Part shown: in pieces, positions 16,166 to 24,447 of the stretch
How the letters are laid out: each line of letters begins with the position of its first letter
How positions within the stretch are numbered: the first letter of the stretch is position 1
IMG/VR virus record: IMGVR_UViG_2681813146_000009
Location: 1 to 38,349 of that record
DNA: 38,349 nucleotides
Strand: one strand, 5' to 3'
From: a virus
Lineage: Duplodnaviria; Heunggongvirae; Uroviricota; Caudoviricetes
The notes under the pieces: model-generated
The model's input: only the letters and a program-made list of their open reading frames with translations
The model's database searches: none
What the model was told of the DNA's origin: nothing
Made by a program: the position numbers and the translations under genes

Positions 16166-16390
16166 CCGGGTATCAGTTAGCGGGAGAAATTTTTAAATAC
16201 TTCACAATTCAGGCGGTTGACTGTTGTCTGGTTTGCGGGGAGTTTGTTAAAAGAAACTGGCATGGTGAATCCCCCTGTGCGGAGGGGCAATCAGCGAGTA
16301 GGTATATGGGATAATCGCGGATTCAGGTGCTGGTACTGAATTCACCGGGAGGCACCCGGCACCATGCAATGGCACATAGCGCCACTCTCC

Positions 16391-16425
16391 AGCCCCTCTC
16401 CGGAGGGGCTGTTTATATTGATTTT
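16391..16425 (+). terminator. Candidate rho-independent terminator (AGCCCCTC-TCCG-GAGGGGCT plus T-rich tail)
   Basis: 8-bp GC stem with tetraloop followed by GTTTATATTGATTTT. Confidence 0.5.
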
Positions 16426-16445
16426 GTCAGATGTGAGTAAACTCC

Positions 16446-16781
16446 TTATGGACTTTGTTGTTTTAGTCCATAAGGACATATTTGCAGAGTGCAACGGTTA
16501 TTAAAGCATTCATTCAATACGTTATCTGTATTTGTAGGACATTCCTGGCTGTTTTTGATTAAATTCCAGAATGTTTTATTGAATGGTGCTACGTTGTAAA
16601 TGGTTACAGGTAGCACTTTGTTATTGAGCATGATACCTGTGTGAGTCAGTGTAAATATACTTTCAGGAGGTAAGAAAGCATCCGATTGATACCAGATTAT
16701 TAATTTTATTTTACTCCATATGACTGAAAAAGATATTCCGCATGATGGCTGGATAACTGTATCAATCACAATCCACTTCAT
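16446..16781 (-). CDS. Hypothetical protein (111 aa) in AT-rich island
   Basis: AAGGAAA RBS 6-7 nt upstream of ATG; coding 3' end carries a perfect 10-bp inverted repeat. Confidence 0.55.
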   Translation of the reverse strand: MKWIVIDTVIQPSCGISFSVIWSKIKLIIWYQSDAFLPPESIFTLTHTGIMLNNKVLPVTIYNVAPFNKTFWNLIKNSQECPTNTDNVLNECFNNRCTLQICPYGLKQQSP

Positions 16782-17041
16782 TTAGTTTCCTTGTTTATGT
16801 CTTGCTGGTGATGTTCTGAAAAGTATAAATGATATTTTTGAATGTAAACCATAGAGCAGAATTATTTTTCTGATGTTGTTTATTGTTTATTTAAATGCAG
16901 GGTGGTTTATATCTCGTCTTGTAGTTTATCCATGCATATCTGCTTGATGATGAGGTTTTTATTTAAGGTATGGTTTTGTGTTTTTTCTGTATTACATGTC
17001 AGGTATTTTAAAGAATTATTTTTCAGATGGTGGAAAGAACC

Positions 17042-19003
17042 ATGGCATTTAAACACTATGATGTTGTCAGGGCGGCATCGCCGTCAGACCTTGCGAAACG
17101 ACTGACACAAAAACTGAAGGAGGGGTGGCAGCCATTTGGCAGTCCGGTGGCCATCACGCCTTATACCCTGATGCAGGCCATTGCGGCGGAAGGTGATGTC
17201 ACCACACCTGTGGTGGTGAAGCCGTCGGATGGAGAAGGCGCAGTTATCAGCACCACCAGCAACCCGGAGTATTACTTTGTTGTTGCCCTGGCCGGGCAGT
17301 CAAACGGTATGGCGTATGGTGAAGGGCTTCCGCTGCCGGAGACATATGACCGTCCGGACCCGCGTATTAAACAGCTGGCGCGTCGCAGCACTGTCACGCC
17401 GGGTGGTGCGTTCTGTAACTACAATGACATTATTCCTGCGGACCACTGCCTGCATGATGTTCAGGATTTGAGTAAGTTTTCACACCCGAAAGCCAGTGCA
17501 GCTCAGTATGGATGCGTGGGGCAGGGATTACATATCGCGAAGAAATTGTTGCCGTTTATTCCGGCGAATGCCGGTATTCTTCTGGTTCCGTGCTGCCGTG
17601 GTGGTTCTGCATTTTTGGCGGGCGATGAAGGTACCTTCAGCGAATCCACCGGCGCAAGCGAGACCTCGGCACGCTGGGGTGTAGATAAGCCACTGTACAA
17701 GGACCTGCTTACCCGTACTCAGGCCGCACTGAAGGCCAACCCTAAAAATATTCTGCTTGCAGTGGTCTGGATGCAGGGCGAGTTTGATTTGAAACAGGGT
17801 GCATACGCCACTCAGCCGGGGCTGTTTGATTCCATGGTGGAAAAATATCGTTCTGACCTGTCGGAATTCGGAGGTCAGTGTCTCGGGGGCTCTCCGTCAT
17901 CGGTTCCCTGGATTTGTGGCGACACGACCTACTACTGGAAGCAGACTTATTCTTCGCAATACGATGCGGTGTATGGTGCATACAAGACGAAATCCGCAAA
18001 AAAAATCTTCTTTGTGCCGTTTATGACGGATGAAAACGGGCGAAATGTGGGTACCAACGAGCCGTCAGAAGATCCGGATGTTGCGGATATTGGGTATTAC
18101 GGAGCCGGTGGTCGAACGGACGCCAAAACCTGGACGACGGCTGACCGTAAAACGCATTTTGGATCATGGGCACGTCGTGGGATTATTTCCGACCGTCTGG
18201 CAACGGCGATTCTTGTGCATGCCGGGAGAAACGCTGAATTCATTACCGGAAAACAGCCTGATACGGTGAAGCCCACCGGACCTTCCGGTGAAGGTACGGA
18301 GAGAGAGCCGGAAGCCCCGGTCAGTAACCGAACCCTGATGAGTCTGCTGGCGTCCGGCGAAGACCTGGCATCACAGGGCTGGCGCTATTATCACAAACCG
18401 GCGAGCGGAGACAATGTTAACAAAAACATTGCTGAAGCGGTGGTCAGTGATGCGGGGGCTACGGGAGGTAAGGCCCTGCAACTGAATAAACCGGAAAACC
18501 ACATCTGGTTTCTGGAGCATGATGCAGCCGGACAGGGAGTGGAGTTACTGAAGAAGGGGGGACGTGTGAGCGTACGGTTTAAGTTGCCGGGTTCACTGGT
18601 GCCGAATCAGTTTGCCCTGGGCATTTACTGGCAGTTGTCGTCCCTGCCGGAGGGAGTGACGCTGGCAGAGGAAGGCAACGACATGCTGATGTCCTTCTTT
18701 CTGCAGACGGATGCGACGAACCTGAACGCGATGCACCACAAGAAGCCGAATGCGAAGCTGGAAACGTTCGGGGTCTTTGATAACGGATGGCACACACTGG
18801 CTTTTGAGTTTGCCGGAAACAACAGCATTCAGGTGACGCCGGTACTGGATGAGAAACGGGGGACGCCGTTCACACTGGTGAAATCTCCGGCATCAGGGGC
18901 GGCGGACAAACTGCAACTGACAGGCATATCAAAGGCGGCGACATATACGCTGCTGATTGACAGTGTGAAGGTGGAAGTGAACAACGCGGACATCGCGGCA
19001 TGA
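17042..19003 (+). CDS. nanS-p: Prophage sialate O-acetylesterase NanS-p-like (N-terminal DUF1737-like region plus SASA-type esterase)
   Basis: 653-aa ORF starting MAFKHYDVV; recalled similarity to EHEC prophage NanS-p; position downstream of Q/tRNAs and upstream of lysis genes as in Stx phages. Confidence 0.8.
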   Translation: MAFKHYDVVRAASPSDLAKRLTQKLKEGWQPFGSPVAITPYTLMQAIAAEGDVTTPVVVKPSDGEGAVISTTSNPEYYFVVALAGQSNGMAYGEGLPLPETYDRPDPRIKQLARRSTVTPGGAFCNYNDIIPADHCLHDVQDLSKFSHPKASAAQYGCVGQGLHIAKKLLPFIPANAGILLVPCCRGGSAFLAGDEGTFSESTGASETSARWGVDKPLYKDLLTRTQAALKANPKNILLAVVWMQGEFDLKQGAYATQPGLFDSMVEKYRSDLSEFGGQCLGGSPSSVPWICGDTTYYWKQTYSSQYDAVYGAYKTKSAKKIFFVPFMTDENGRNVGTNEPSEDPDVADIGYYGAGGRTDAKTWTTADRKTHFGSWARRGIISDRLATAILVHAGRNAEFITGKQPDTVKPTGPSGEGTEREPEAPVSNRTLMSLLASGEDLASQGWRYYHKPASGDNVNKNIAEAVVSDAGATGGKALQLNKPENHIWFLEHDAAGQGVELLKKGGRVSVRFKLPGSLVPNQFALGIYWQLSSLPEGVTLAEEGNDMLMSFFLQTDATNLNAMHHKKPNAKLETFGVFDNGWHTLAFEFAGNNSIQVTPVLDEKRGTPFTLVKSPASGAADKLQLTGISKAATYTLLIDSVKVEVNNADIAA

Positions 19004-19139
19004 TAAAAAAAGCCGCCAGCGGCAGGAATGGAAGCTGGCGGAGGTAATCCCAATGGAGAATGTAAAGAAAAGATGCTTTCGACATCAATCATTTCTAAAT
19101 GAAAACAGTTCTCATTGTCAACCATAACGGTAAGAAATT

Positions 19140-19322
19140 ATGACATTTATTCATCAGGTAATGCTGTACTTCTGTATGGCAGTCTGTGTTATGTATCTTC
19201 TTTCGGGTGGGTACAGGGCAGTGCGCGATTTCTGGCGCAGGCAGATTGATAAAAGGGCCGCTGAGAGAATCAGCGCCAGTCAGTCAGCCGGAAGCAAACC
19301 CGAAGATCCGCTCATTCCGTAG
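19140..19322 (+). CDS. Possible small membrane protein (60 aa)
   Basis: Hydrophobic N-terminal segment; weak RBS. Confidence 0.3.
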   Translation: MTFIHQVMLYFCMAVCVMYLLSGGYRAVRDFWRRQIDKRAAERISASQSAGSKPEDPLIP

Positions 19323-19359
19323 TCACTTTCTTGACAACACCTTTCAACGAGAAAATCCC

Positions 19360-19605
19360 ATGTCAGAAATCACATCCCTGGTCACTGCTGAGGCAGTGAA
19401 GGAAGTCCTGCGCTCTGAAGAAGTCCTGAGCGCACTGAAACAGAAACTCCGCCAGAACCTTGAGTCGCGTCTTGATGCAGAAGTGGATGCCATTCTGGAT
19501 GAGCTGCTGGGCGTACCAGCGGTTCCGGAGCCGGAAGGTATCGCGGGTGACGGGAGTGCTTCAGATGGCGGTGAACCCACACCTGACAGCGACATGATGA
19601 TGTAA
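19360..19605 (+). CDS. Hypothetical acidic protein (81 aa)
   Basis: Internal ATG of ORF 19186..19605; weak RBS. Confidence 0.4.
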   Translation: MSEITSLVTAEAVKEVLRSEEVLSALKQKLRQNLESRLDAEVDAILDELLGVPAVPEPEGIAGDGSASDGGEPTPDSDMMM

Positions 19606-19681
19606 GCCTGCGCAAGGGACCATCGGTGTGTGCCGGTGGTCTTTATATTGTTGTGAGCTTCCGGATAACGGGAGACGGGGT

Positions 19682-19897
19682 ATGTACCAGATGGAAAAAA
19701 TCACAACAGGTGTGTCATACACCACGTCAGCGGTGGGAACGGGCTACTGGTTCCTGCAGTTGCTGGACAGGGTTTCCCCGTCTCAGTGGGCGGCAATAGG
19801 CGTGCTGGGGAGTCTGCTGTTTGGGCTGCTGACGTACCTGACTAACCTGTATTTCAAAATCAAAGAGGACCGGCGTAAGGCGGCGCGGGGAGAGTAA
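19682..19897 (+). CDS. S: Class II pinholin (S21-type) with dual-start motif (Met1 antiholin, Met4 holin)
   Basis: [29 protein letters not shown]...[13 protein letters not shown] closely resembles recalled phage 21 S; GGGAGACGGGG RBS. Confidence 0.85.
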   Translation: MYQMEKITTGVSYTTSAVGTGYWFLQLLDRVSPSQWAAIGVLGSLLFGLLTYLTNLYFKIKEDRRKAARGE

Positions 19898-19901
19898 AGT
19901 G

Positions 19902-20792
19902 ATGAATAAAAAATATGAACTGGTTGTTAAGGGGATAAATAATTACGGGGATAAGGTTACTGTTACTGTGAAGTCGGAAGGTGACGGGCAAGCGTCGCTG
20001 TTGTTGCCAGATGTGGCGATTAGTCTTGACCGTACTGAAGGTGCCACGCTGGAGTTTTACGAAGCTGAGGCGAAAAAGCAGGCGAAGCAGTTTTTCATGG
20101 ATGTTGCTGCCGGGTTATGTGAATGGAACGAACCGTTGCCGGAAAAGCGCCCCGTAATTTTAGAGGCGCAGGATGTGTTGATAACCTACAAAGGAAAGCT
20201 ACCGGGAAGAATTACTTGTTCTCTGAAGATGCCGCCGTCAACACTGCGGTCAGAAAAAGATGATGTTGAATCACGTATTGAAAAACTGGAGAGCTACGTC
20301 GTTGAGCTGAATAAGAAATGGTCGATATTGGTGCCTTCTGGCGATGAAAAGCAGTTTGCTGCGTTTGACGATTATTGTCGGAAAGTGATGAGCAGAAATC
20401 TCGCAGAGTGTTTCAGTATTCATAATGATAATTTCAGTGACCCGGAATGGGAGTGTAACCGGCCATCCTTTGTTGTATCCGGTGATGCTGGGAAAATAAC
20501 CATCTCAGAAAATGGGAAAGTAACACCTCCATCGCACCAGCACAGTGAGGAGCTCATTGAATTTGCCATTGATTACCTGAAGAACAATAAAAAGCAGGGG
20601 CTGATGAAGCGCGTTGGCCGTTGCATGGGATATCTTCAGGTAGCCGCTGAGATTGAAGCGCTGGCCAGTGGTGCTGATAAGGATGCAATTGTGCGGGAGG
20701 CTCTTCTTCGTGATTTTAATACTCCACCCTTTAAAAAAGTGCCGGCTTACTGGCTTCATCCGGGGCTGACTTATCTTAAAGTGCGTATTTAG
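19902..20792 (+). CDS. Hypothetical protein (296 aa) inserted between holin and endolysin
   Basis: ORF starts 4 nt after holin stop with GGGGAGAG RBS; no TM segment or motif I recognise. Confidence 0.7.
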   Translation: MNKKYELVVKGINNYGDKVTVTVKSEGDGQASLLLPDVAISLDRTEGATLEFYEAEAKKQAKQFFMDVAAGLCEWNEPLPEKRPVILEAQDVLITYKGKLPGRITCSLKMPPSTLRSEKDDVESRIEKLESYVVELNKKWSILVPSGDEKQFAAFDDYCRKVMSRNLAECFSIHNDNFSDPEWECNRPSFVVSGDAGKITISENGKVTPPSHQHSEELIEFAIDYLKNNKKQGLMKRVGRCMGYLQVAAEIEALASGADKDAIVREALLRDFNTPPFKKVPAYWLHPGLTYLKVRI

Positions 20793-20828
20793 TGGGCCAG
20801 GGACAGCGGCTGAATATTTAATATATCC

Positions 20829-21362
20829 ATGAACACCAAAATCAAATACGGCCTGTCGGCTGCCGTTCTGGCGCTGATTGCCGCTGGTGCGCCTGCGCCT
20901 GACATTCTCGACCAGTTTCTGGATGAAAAGGAAGGCAACCACACCACGGCATACCGTGATGGTGCAGGTATCTGGACCATCTGCCGTGGTGCCATCATGG
21001 TGGATGGCAAACCTGTCGTTCCGGGCATGAAGTTGTCGAAGGAAAAATGCGACCAGGTTAACGCCATTGAGCGTGATAAAGCGCTGGCGTGGGTGGAGAA
21101 AAACATCAGAGTGCCGCTGACCGAACCCCAGAAAGCGGGGATCGCGTCATTCTGTCCGTACAACATTGGTCCCGGTAAGTGTTTCCCGTCGACGTTTTAC
21201 AGACGAATTAATGCTGGTGATCGAAAAGGTGCCTGCGAAGCGATTCGCTGGTGGATTAAGGACGGTGGCAGAGACTGCCGTATTCGTTCAAACAACTGTT
21301 ACGGTCAGGTATCCCGTCGTGACCAGGAGAGCGCGCTGGCGTGCTGGGGTATCGACAGATAA
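20829..21362 (+). CDS. R: SAR endolysin (R21-type lysozyme, GH24-like)
   Basis: N-terminal hydrophobic Ala/Gly-rich SAR segment; C-terminal similarity to recalled phage 21 R. Confidence 0.85.
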   Translation: MNTKIKYGLSAAVLALIAAGAPAPDILDQFLDEKEGNHTTAYRDGAGIWTICRGAIMVDGKPVVPGMKLSKEKCDQVNAIERDKALAWVEKNIRVPLTEPQKAGIASFCPYNIGPGKCFPSTFYRRINAGDRKGACEAIRWWIKDGGRDCRIRSNNCYGQVSRRDQESALACWGIDR

Positions 21363-21518
21363 GCAGAATATTTTGCTGAAAAATGAGGAATGGCCACGCG
21401 GGCGGATAACACGAAATCCTGCGAACTGGCGAAACGTAAGTGAATAAAAGTAAAAACCCCGTTTGTTGGCACCAAGCGAGGTTTTGTGTTTCTGACCTTG
21501 AGTAAGGCAAGGGAGAAC

Positions 21519-21701
21519 ATGGCGAAGTGTAAACGAATTCTGTTGAGGTTGACTATGAAAAATGGCCTTGAACTGAAAGCGCCTGTAACTGATGACATCA
21601 GCAGAGCACTGGCTTTTGCCATTAAGTGGGTGGCGGTCGGTGTTGCTGTGTCCCCGATGCTGTATGGGCTGGCAAAACTGGTCATTGCGTTGAAATCGTG
21701 A
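21519..21701 (+). CDS. Small protein with C-terminal TM segment (60 aa); alternative start 21555
   Basis: AAGGGAGAA RBS before ATG 21519. Confidence 0.4.
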   Translation: MAKCKRILLRLTMKNGLELKAPVTDDISRALAFAIKWVAVGVAVSPMLYGLAKLVIALKS

Positions 21702-21715
21702 AGGGAGGATTAAGC

Positions 21716-21847
21716 ATGTCAGACAAACTCATAACGCTGGCGAAGATCCTCTGTGTAATTGTCGGCATTTCATTTTCACTAATGCTGGTTGCTCTTTTTC
21801 TTTCCATGGCCTGGATGATGTTGTCTTCGTCGGGGTTGCTGGGGTGA
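21716..21847 (+). CDS. Small membrane peptide (43 aa)
   Basis: AAGGGAGG RBS before ATG 21716; single hydrophobic helix. Confidence 0.4.
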   Translation: MSDKLITLAKILCVIVGISFSLMLVALFLSMAWMMLSSSGLLG

Positions 21848-22317
21848 ACATAAACCGAATGCTTTCCGCGTTTATCGTTATTCTGCTGGTGGCCTGTGGT
21901 GCGCTGTGGATGGCAACAGACCATTACCGTGATAACGCGATTACCTACAAAGCGCAGCGCGATAACAAAGCCAGTGAACTGAAGCTGGCGAACGCAACCA
22001 TTACTGATATGCAGGTGCGCCAGCGCGATGTTGCTGCGCTCGATGCAAAATACTCGAGGGAATTAGCCGATGCGAGAGCTGAAAATGAAACTCTTCGCGC
22101 TGACGTTGCCGCTGGTCGTAAGCGCCTGCGGATCAACGCCACCTGTCCAGGCTCCGTGCGTGAAGCCCCCACCACCTCCGGCGTGGATAATGCAACCGGC
22201 CCCCAACTGGCAGACACCGTTACACGGGATTATTTCACCCTCAGAGAGCGGCTGATGACGATGCACAAGCAACTGGAAGGGGCACAGGACTATATCCGCA
22301 CTCAGTGCCTGAAATAA
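21844..22317 (+). CDS. Rz: Spanin inner-membrane subunit Rz (start GTG 21844 or ATG 21859)
   Basis: N-terminal TM, coiled-coil; [15 protein letters not shown] motif as in lambda Rz. Confidence 0.85.
   Translation: MNINRMLSAFIVILLVACGALWMATDHYRDNAITYKAQRDNKASELKLANATITDMQVRQRDVAALDAKYSRELADARAENETLRADVAAGRKRLRINATCPGSVREAPTTSGVDNATGPQLADTVTRDYFTLRERLMTMHKQLEGAQDYIRTQCLK
22070..22255 (+). CDS. Rz1: Spanin outer-membrane lipoprotein Rz1, embedded in Rz in +1 frame
   Basis: Lipobox VVSAC; proline-rich [14 protein letters not shown] matches lambda Rz1. Confidence 0.8.
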   Translation: MRELKMKLFALTLPLVVSACGSTPPVQAPCVKPPPPPAWIMQPAPNWQTPLHGIISPSESG

Positions 22318-22627
22318 GTTTTGTTGATGCGCCGTATCGTCGCTATATTCCCTCATTAACAGAGACCGCAGCCCGACAGGGAGACTCCTCTGCGCGAGTG
22401 TGCGGGGATAATTAAAAACGATGCACACCGGGTTTTTACCGCGTTAATGATTCGCGGGTTTATCCCGGTGCGATGGTGGAAGAAACAGGAAGCTGTATTA
22501 CAGAAAGTGCTACTACTGTATCCCGATGCGATGTATGTAATGTGAGTCAGATAATGGCACAGGATGTGGTGATGTGGCAGTCTGGAACACAGGATATATT
22601 GTCAGAATAAGACCCGTAGGAATAAAA

Positions 22628-22954
22628 ATGAAAAGACGCCTTTTACTACTTTTTCTGTTATCTGTCCTGGCAGTGGGATGCTCGCAGCAAAAAGCTGATG
22701 AGCCCCGGCAATTAGTGACGGTGTATCCACGATATCCGGAATATGCTGCAGCAAATTATATCAAGGGGCTGGTTGAGGTTAAGTTCGATATTGGTGCTGA
22801 TGGGACTGTGACACGGATCGTTTTTCTCCGCTCAGAGCCTCATAATTTGTTTCGTGATGAAGTGGTGAAGGCCATGGCGAAATGGCGATTTGAAAAGAAT
22901 CGCCCCTGTCAGGGAGTGAAGAGACAATTTATCTTTACGCCGTCACGTCCTTGA
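22628..22954 (+). CDS. Lipoprotein with TonB C-terminal-like domain (108 aa)
   Basis: Signal peptide with lipobox LAVGC; YPxxA...GxVEVKFDIGADGTV...AMAKWRFE resembles TonB_C signature; AGGAATAAAA RBS. Confidence 0.7.
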   Translation: MKRRLLLLFLLSVLAVGCSQQKADEPRQLVTVYPRYPEYAAANYIKGLVEVKFDIGADGTVTRIVFLRSEPHNLFRDEVVKAMAKWRFEKNRPCQGVKRQFIFTPSRP

Positions 22955-23076
22955 TGCTTCCAGGTAGAGAGGGGCTGGACGCAGGAGAAAAATGAAAGAG
23001 CCAGCGGTTATATTTTTGTCATGGCTGACGAGGAATGATGGAAGAAGGCGTTGTATGCCACACAACGCCTCACTGT

Positions 23077-23256
23077 TCATTTCTTCTTTTTCTCTGGTGG
23101 AACCCGATGAATAAGAGTTGCACTGGTTTCCGATGAGATGGCGATATACTCGGGCAAAGTATGCTGGCAGTTTTCCAACTGGTCAAAAATACCTGCTCTC
23201 GTCTGTTGCAATGCCTGCAGCATGCGGCGGCAATGCGCCTTGCTTTTACTAACCAT
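23077..23256 (-). CDS. Hypothetical small protein (59 aa)
   Basis: Strong GAGGAAGGAAAG RBS before internal ATG 23256; longer 117-aa form rejected. Confidence 0.4.
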   Translation of the reverse strand: MVSKSKAHCRRMLQALQQTRAGIFDQLENCQHTLPEYIAISSETSATLIHRVPPEKKKK

Positions 23257-23317
23257 CTTTCCTTCCTCTATCAGTCGCTGCGTGAACTCATCATGTAATA
23301 CCAGGTAAATGCGGATG

Positions 23318-23569
23318 TTATCGGTTTTGGCTACGCAGCATAGTACAAAACGGACAGGTGCATCCCGGGACGGGGGAGGCGTCACATGTCCCTGTGATGG
23401 TTGTTCCGGGTAATGCACTGTGTGGGGCATAAAAATGTCCGATAATTTTACTTTCTACCGCAGTTAGTTGATTCGTTGGTCCTGGTAGCACATTGGGCGA
23501 GGATTTAAATGCCAGGCAACTGAAGGATGATGTTGCAAGGGAGATAGCGAGAATATTTCTGATTTTCAT
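23318..23569 (-). CDS. Small secreted Cys-containing peptide (83 aa precursor)
   Basis: N-terminal signal peptide MKIRNILAISLATSSFSCLA; C-terminal GTCDASPVPGCTCPFC; AGAGG RBS. Confidence 0.5.
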   Translation of the reverse strand: MKIRNILAISLATSSFSCLAFKSSPNVLPGPTNQLTAVESKIIGHFYAPHSALPGTTITGTCDASPVPGCTCPFCTMLRSQNR

Positions 23570-23717
23570 TTGATGATGCCTCTGTGTGAAATGACGGTAA
23601 ACGACGCACTTGTGCCGGCACATAATAGCAAGCACCATAATAGATCAGATTCGATTCTTGCTGTAAGTGATAATTATTCTCGTTTTCGGGTCCTTTCCGT
23701 CGATCCAACAGGTTACG

Positions 23718-23729
23718 GGGCGGCGACCT
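23718..23729. other. cosN cohesive-end site (GGGCGGCGACCT) with cosB-like flank
   Basis: Exact match to recalled lambda left cohesive end and following CGCGGGTTTTCGCTATTTATGAAAATTTT; lies upstream of Nu1. Confidence 0.85.
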
Positions 23730-23898
23730 CGCGGGTTTTCGCTATTTATGAAAATTTTTAGGGAAAAATCAGATCCGTTTTTCTTCTTTTTAACTGATTG
23801 ATTATCAATAGAATTTTAAAAATATAAAAGGATCTAACAAAGGCTGTTTTTGTTAGAAAACGCCATTTTCAGATCCTTTCTGGTTCCCGGGGGAGTGT

Positions 23899-24447
23899 AT
23901 GAACGTCAATAAGAAAAAACTGGCCGATATTTTTGGCGTTGATGTCAGGACCATCACCGCCTGGCAGAGTCAGGGGTTACCACTAGTTTCTGGTGGAGGG
24001 AAAGGGACTGAATCAGTTTTTGATACAACTGCTGCCATTCAGTGGTATGCGCAGAGGGAAGCTGATATTAAAAACGAAAAACTCCGTAAAGAGATCGAGG
24101 ATTTGAGGGCTGCCAGCGAATCAGACCTTCAGCCCGGCACCATTGATTACGAACGTTACCGACTGACGAAGGCACAGGCCGATGCACAGGAGCTGAAAAA
24201 TGCTCGTGAGGAAGGCCTTGTCCTCGAGACGGAGTTATTTACCTACATCTTTCAGCGAGTGGCACAGAATATATCAGGGATCCTTGTCCGTGTCCCTCAG
24301 ACACTGCAGCGTAAATACCCTGATATATCACCCGTACATCTTGATGCTGTGAAAACTGAAATCGCGAAAGCATCCGATGTGGCTTCTGAAGCCGGTGAGA
24401 ATGTGCGCAGGTGGATTGATGATTTCAGACGAACTGAGGGCGGCTAA
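23899..24447 (+). CDS. nu1: Terminase small subunit Nu1
   Basis: Strong similarity to lambda Nu1 by recall (NKKxLADIFG...). Confidence 0.9.
   Translation: MNVNKKKLADIFGVDVRTITAWQSQGLPLVSGGGKGTESVFDTTAAIQWYAQREADIKNEKLRKEIEDLRAASESDLQPGTIDYERYRLTKAQADAQELKNAREEGLVLETELFTYIFQRVAQNISGILVRVPQTLQRKYPDISPVHLDAVKTEIAKASDVASEAGENVRRWIDDFRRTEGG

Noticed and set aside
15532-17041. Shiga toxin genes expected between the tRNAs and nanS-p
   Set aside because: No ORF of stxA size with a signal peptide and no stxB-like small secreted ORF; the interval holds only unrelated hypothetical ORFs.
19004-19050. Hairpin GCCGCCAGC...GCTGGCGG after nanS-p as a terminator
   Set aside because: Not followed by a T-run; left as an unassigned stem-loop.
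21166-21447. 93-aa plus-strand ORF overlapping the endolysin 3' end
   Set aside because: Alternative frame of the endolysin gene with an Arg-rich product and no RBS.
23077-23430. 117-aa long form of the minus-strand ORF near cos
   Set aside because: Its upstream part overlaps the secreted-peptide gene in another frame and has no RBS; the internal ATG at 23256 has a very strong RBS.
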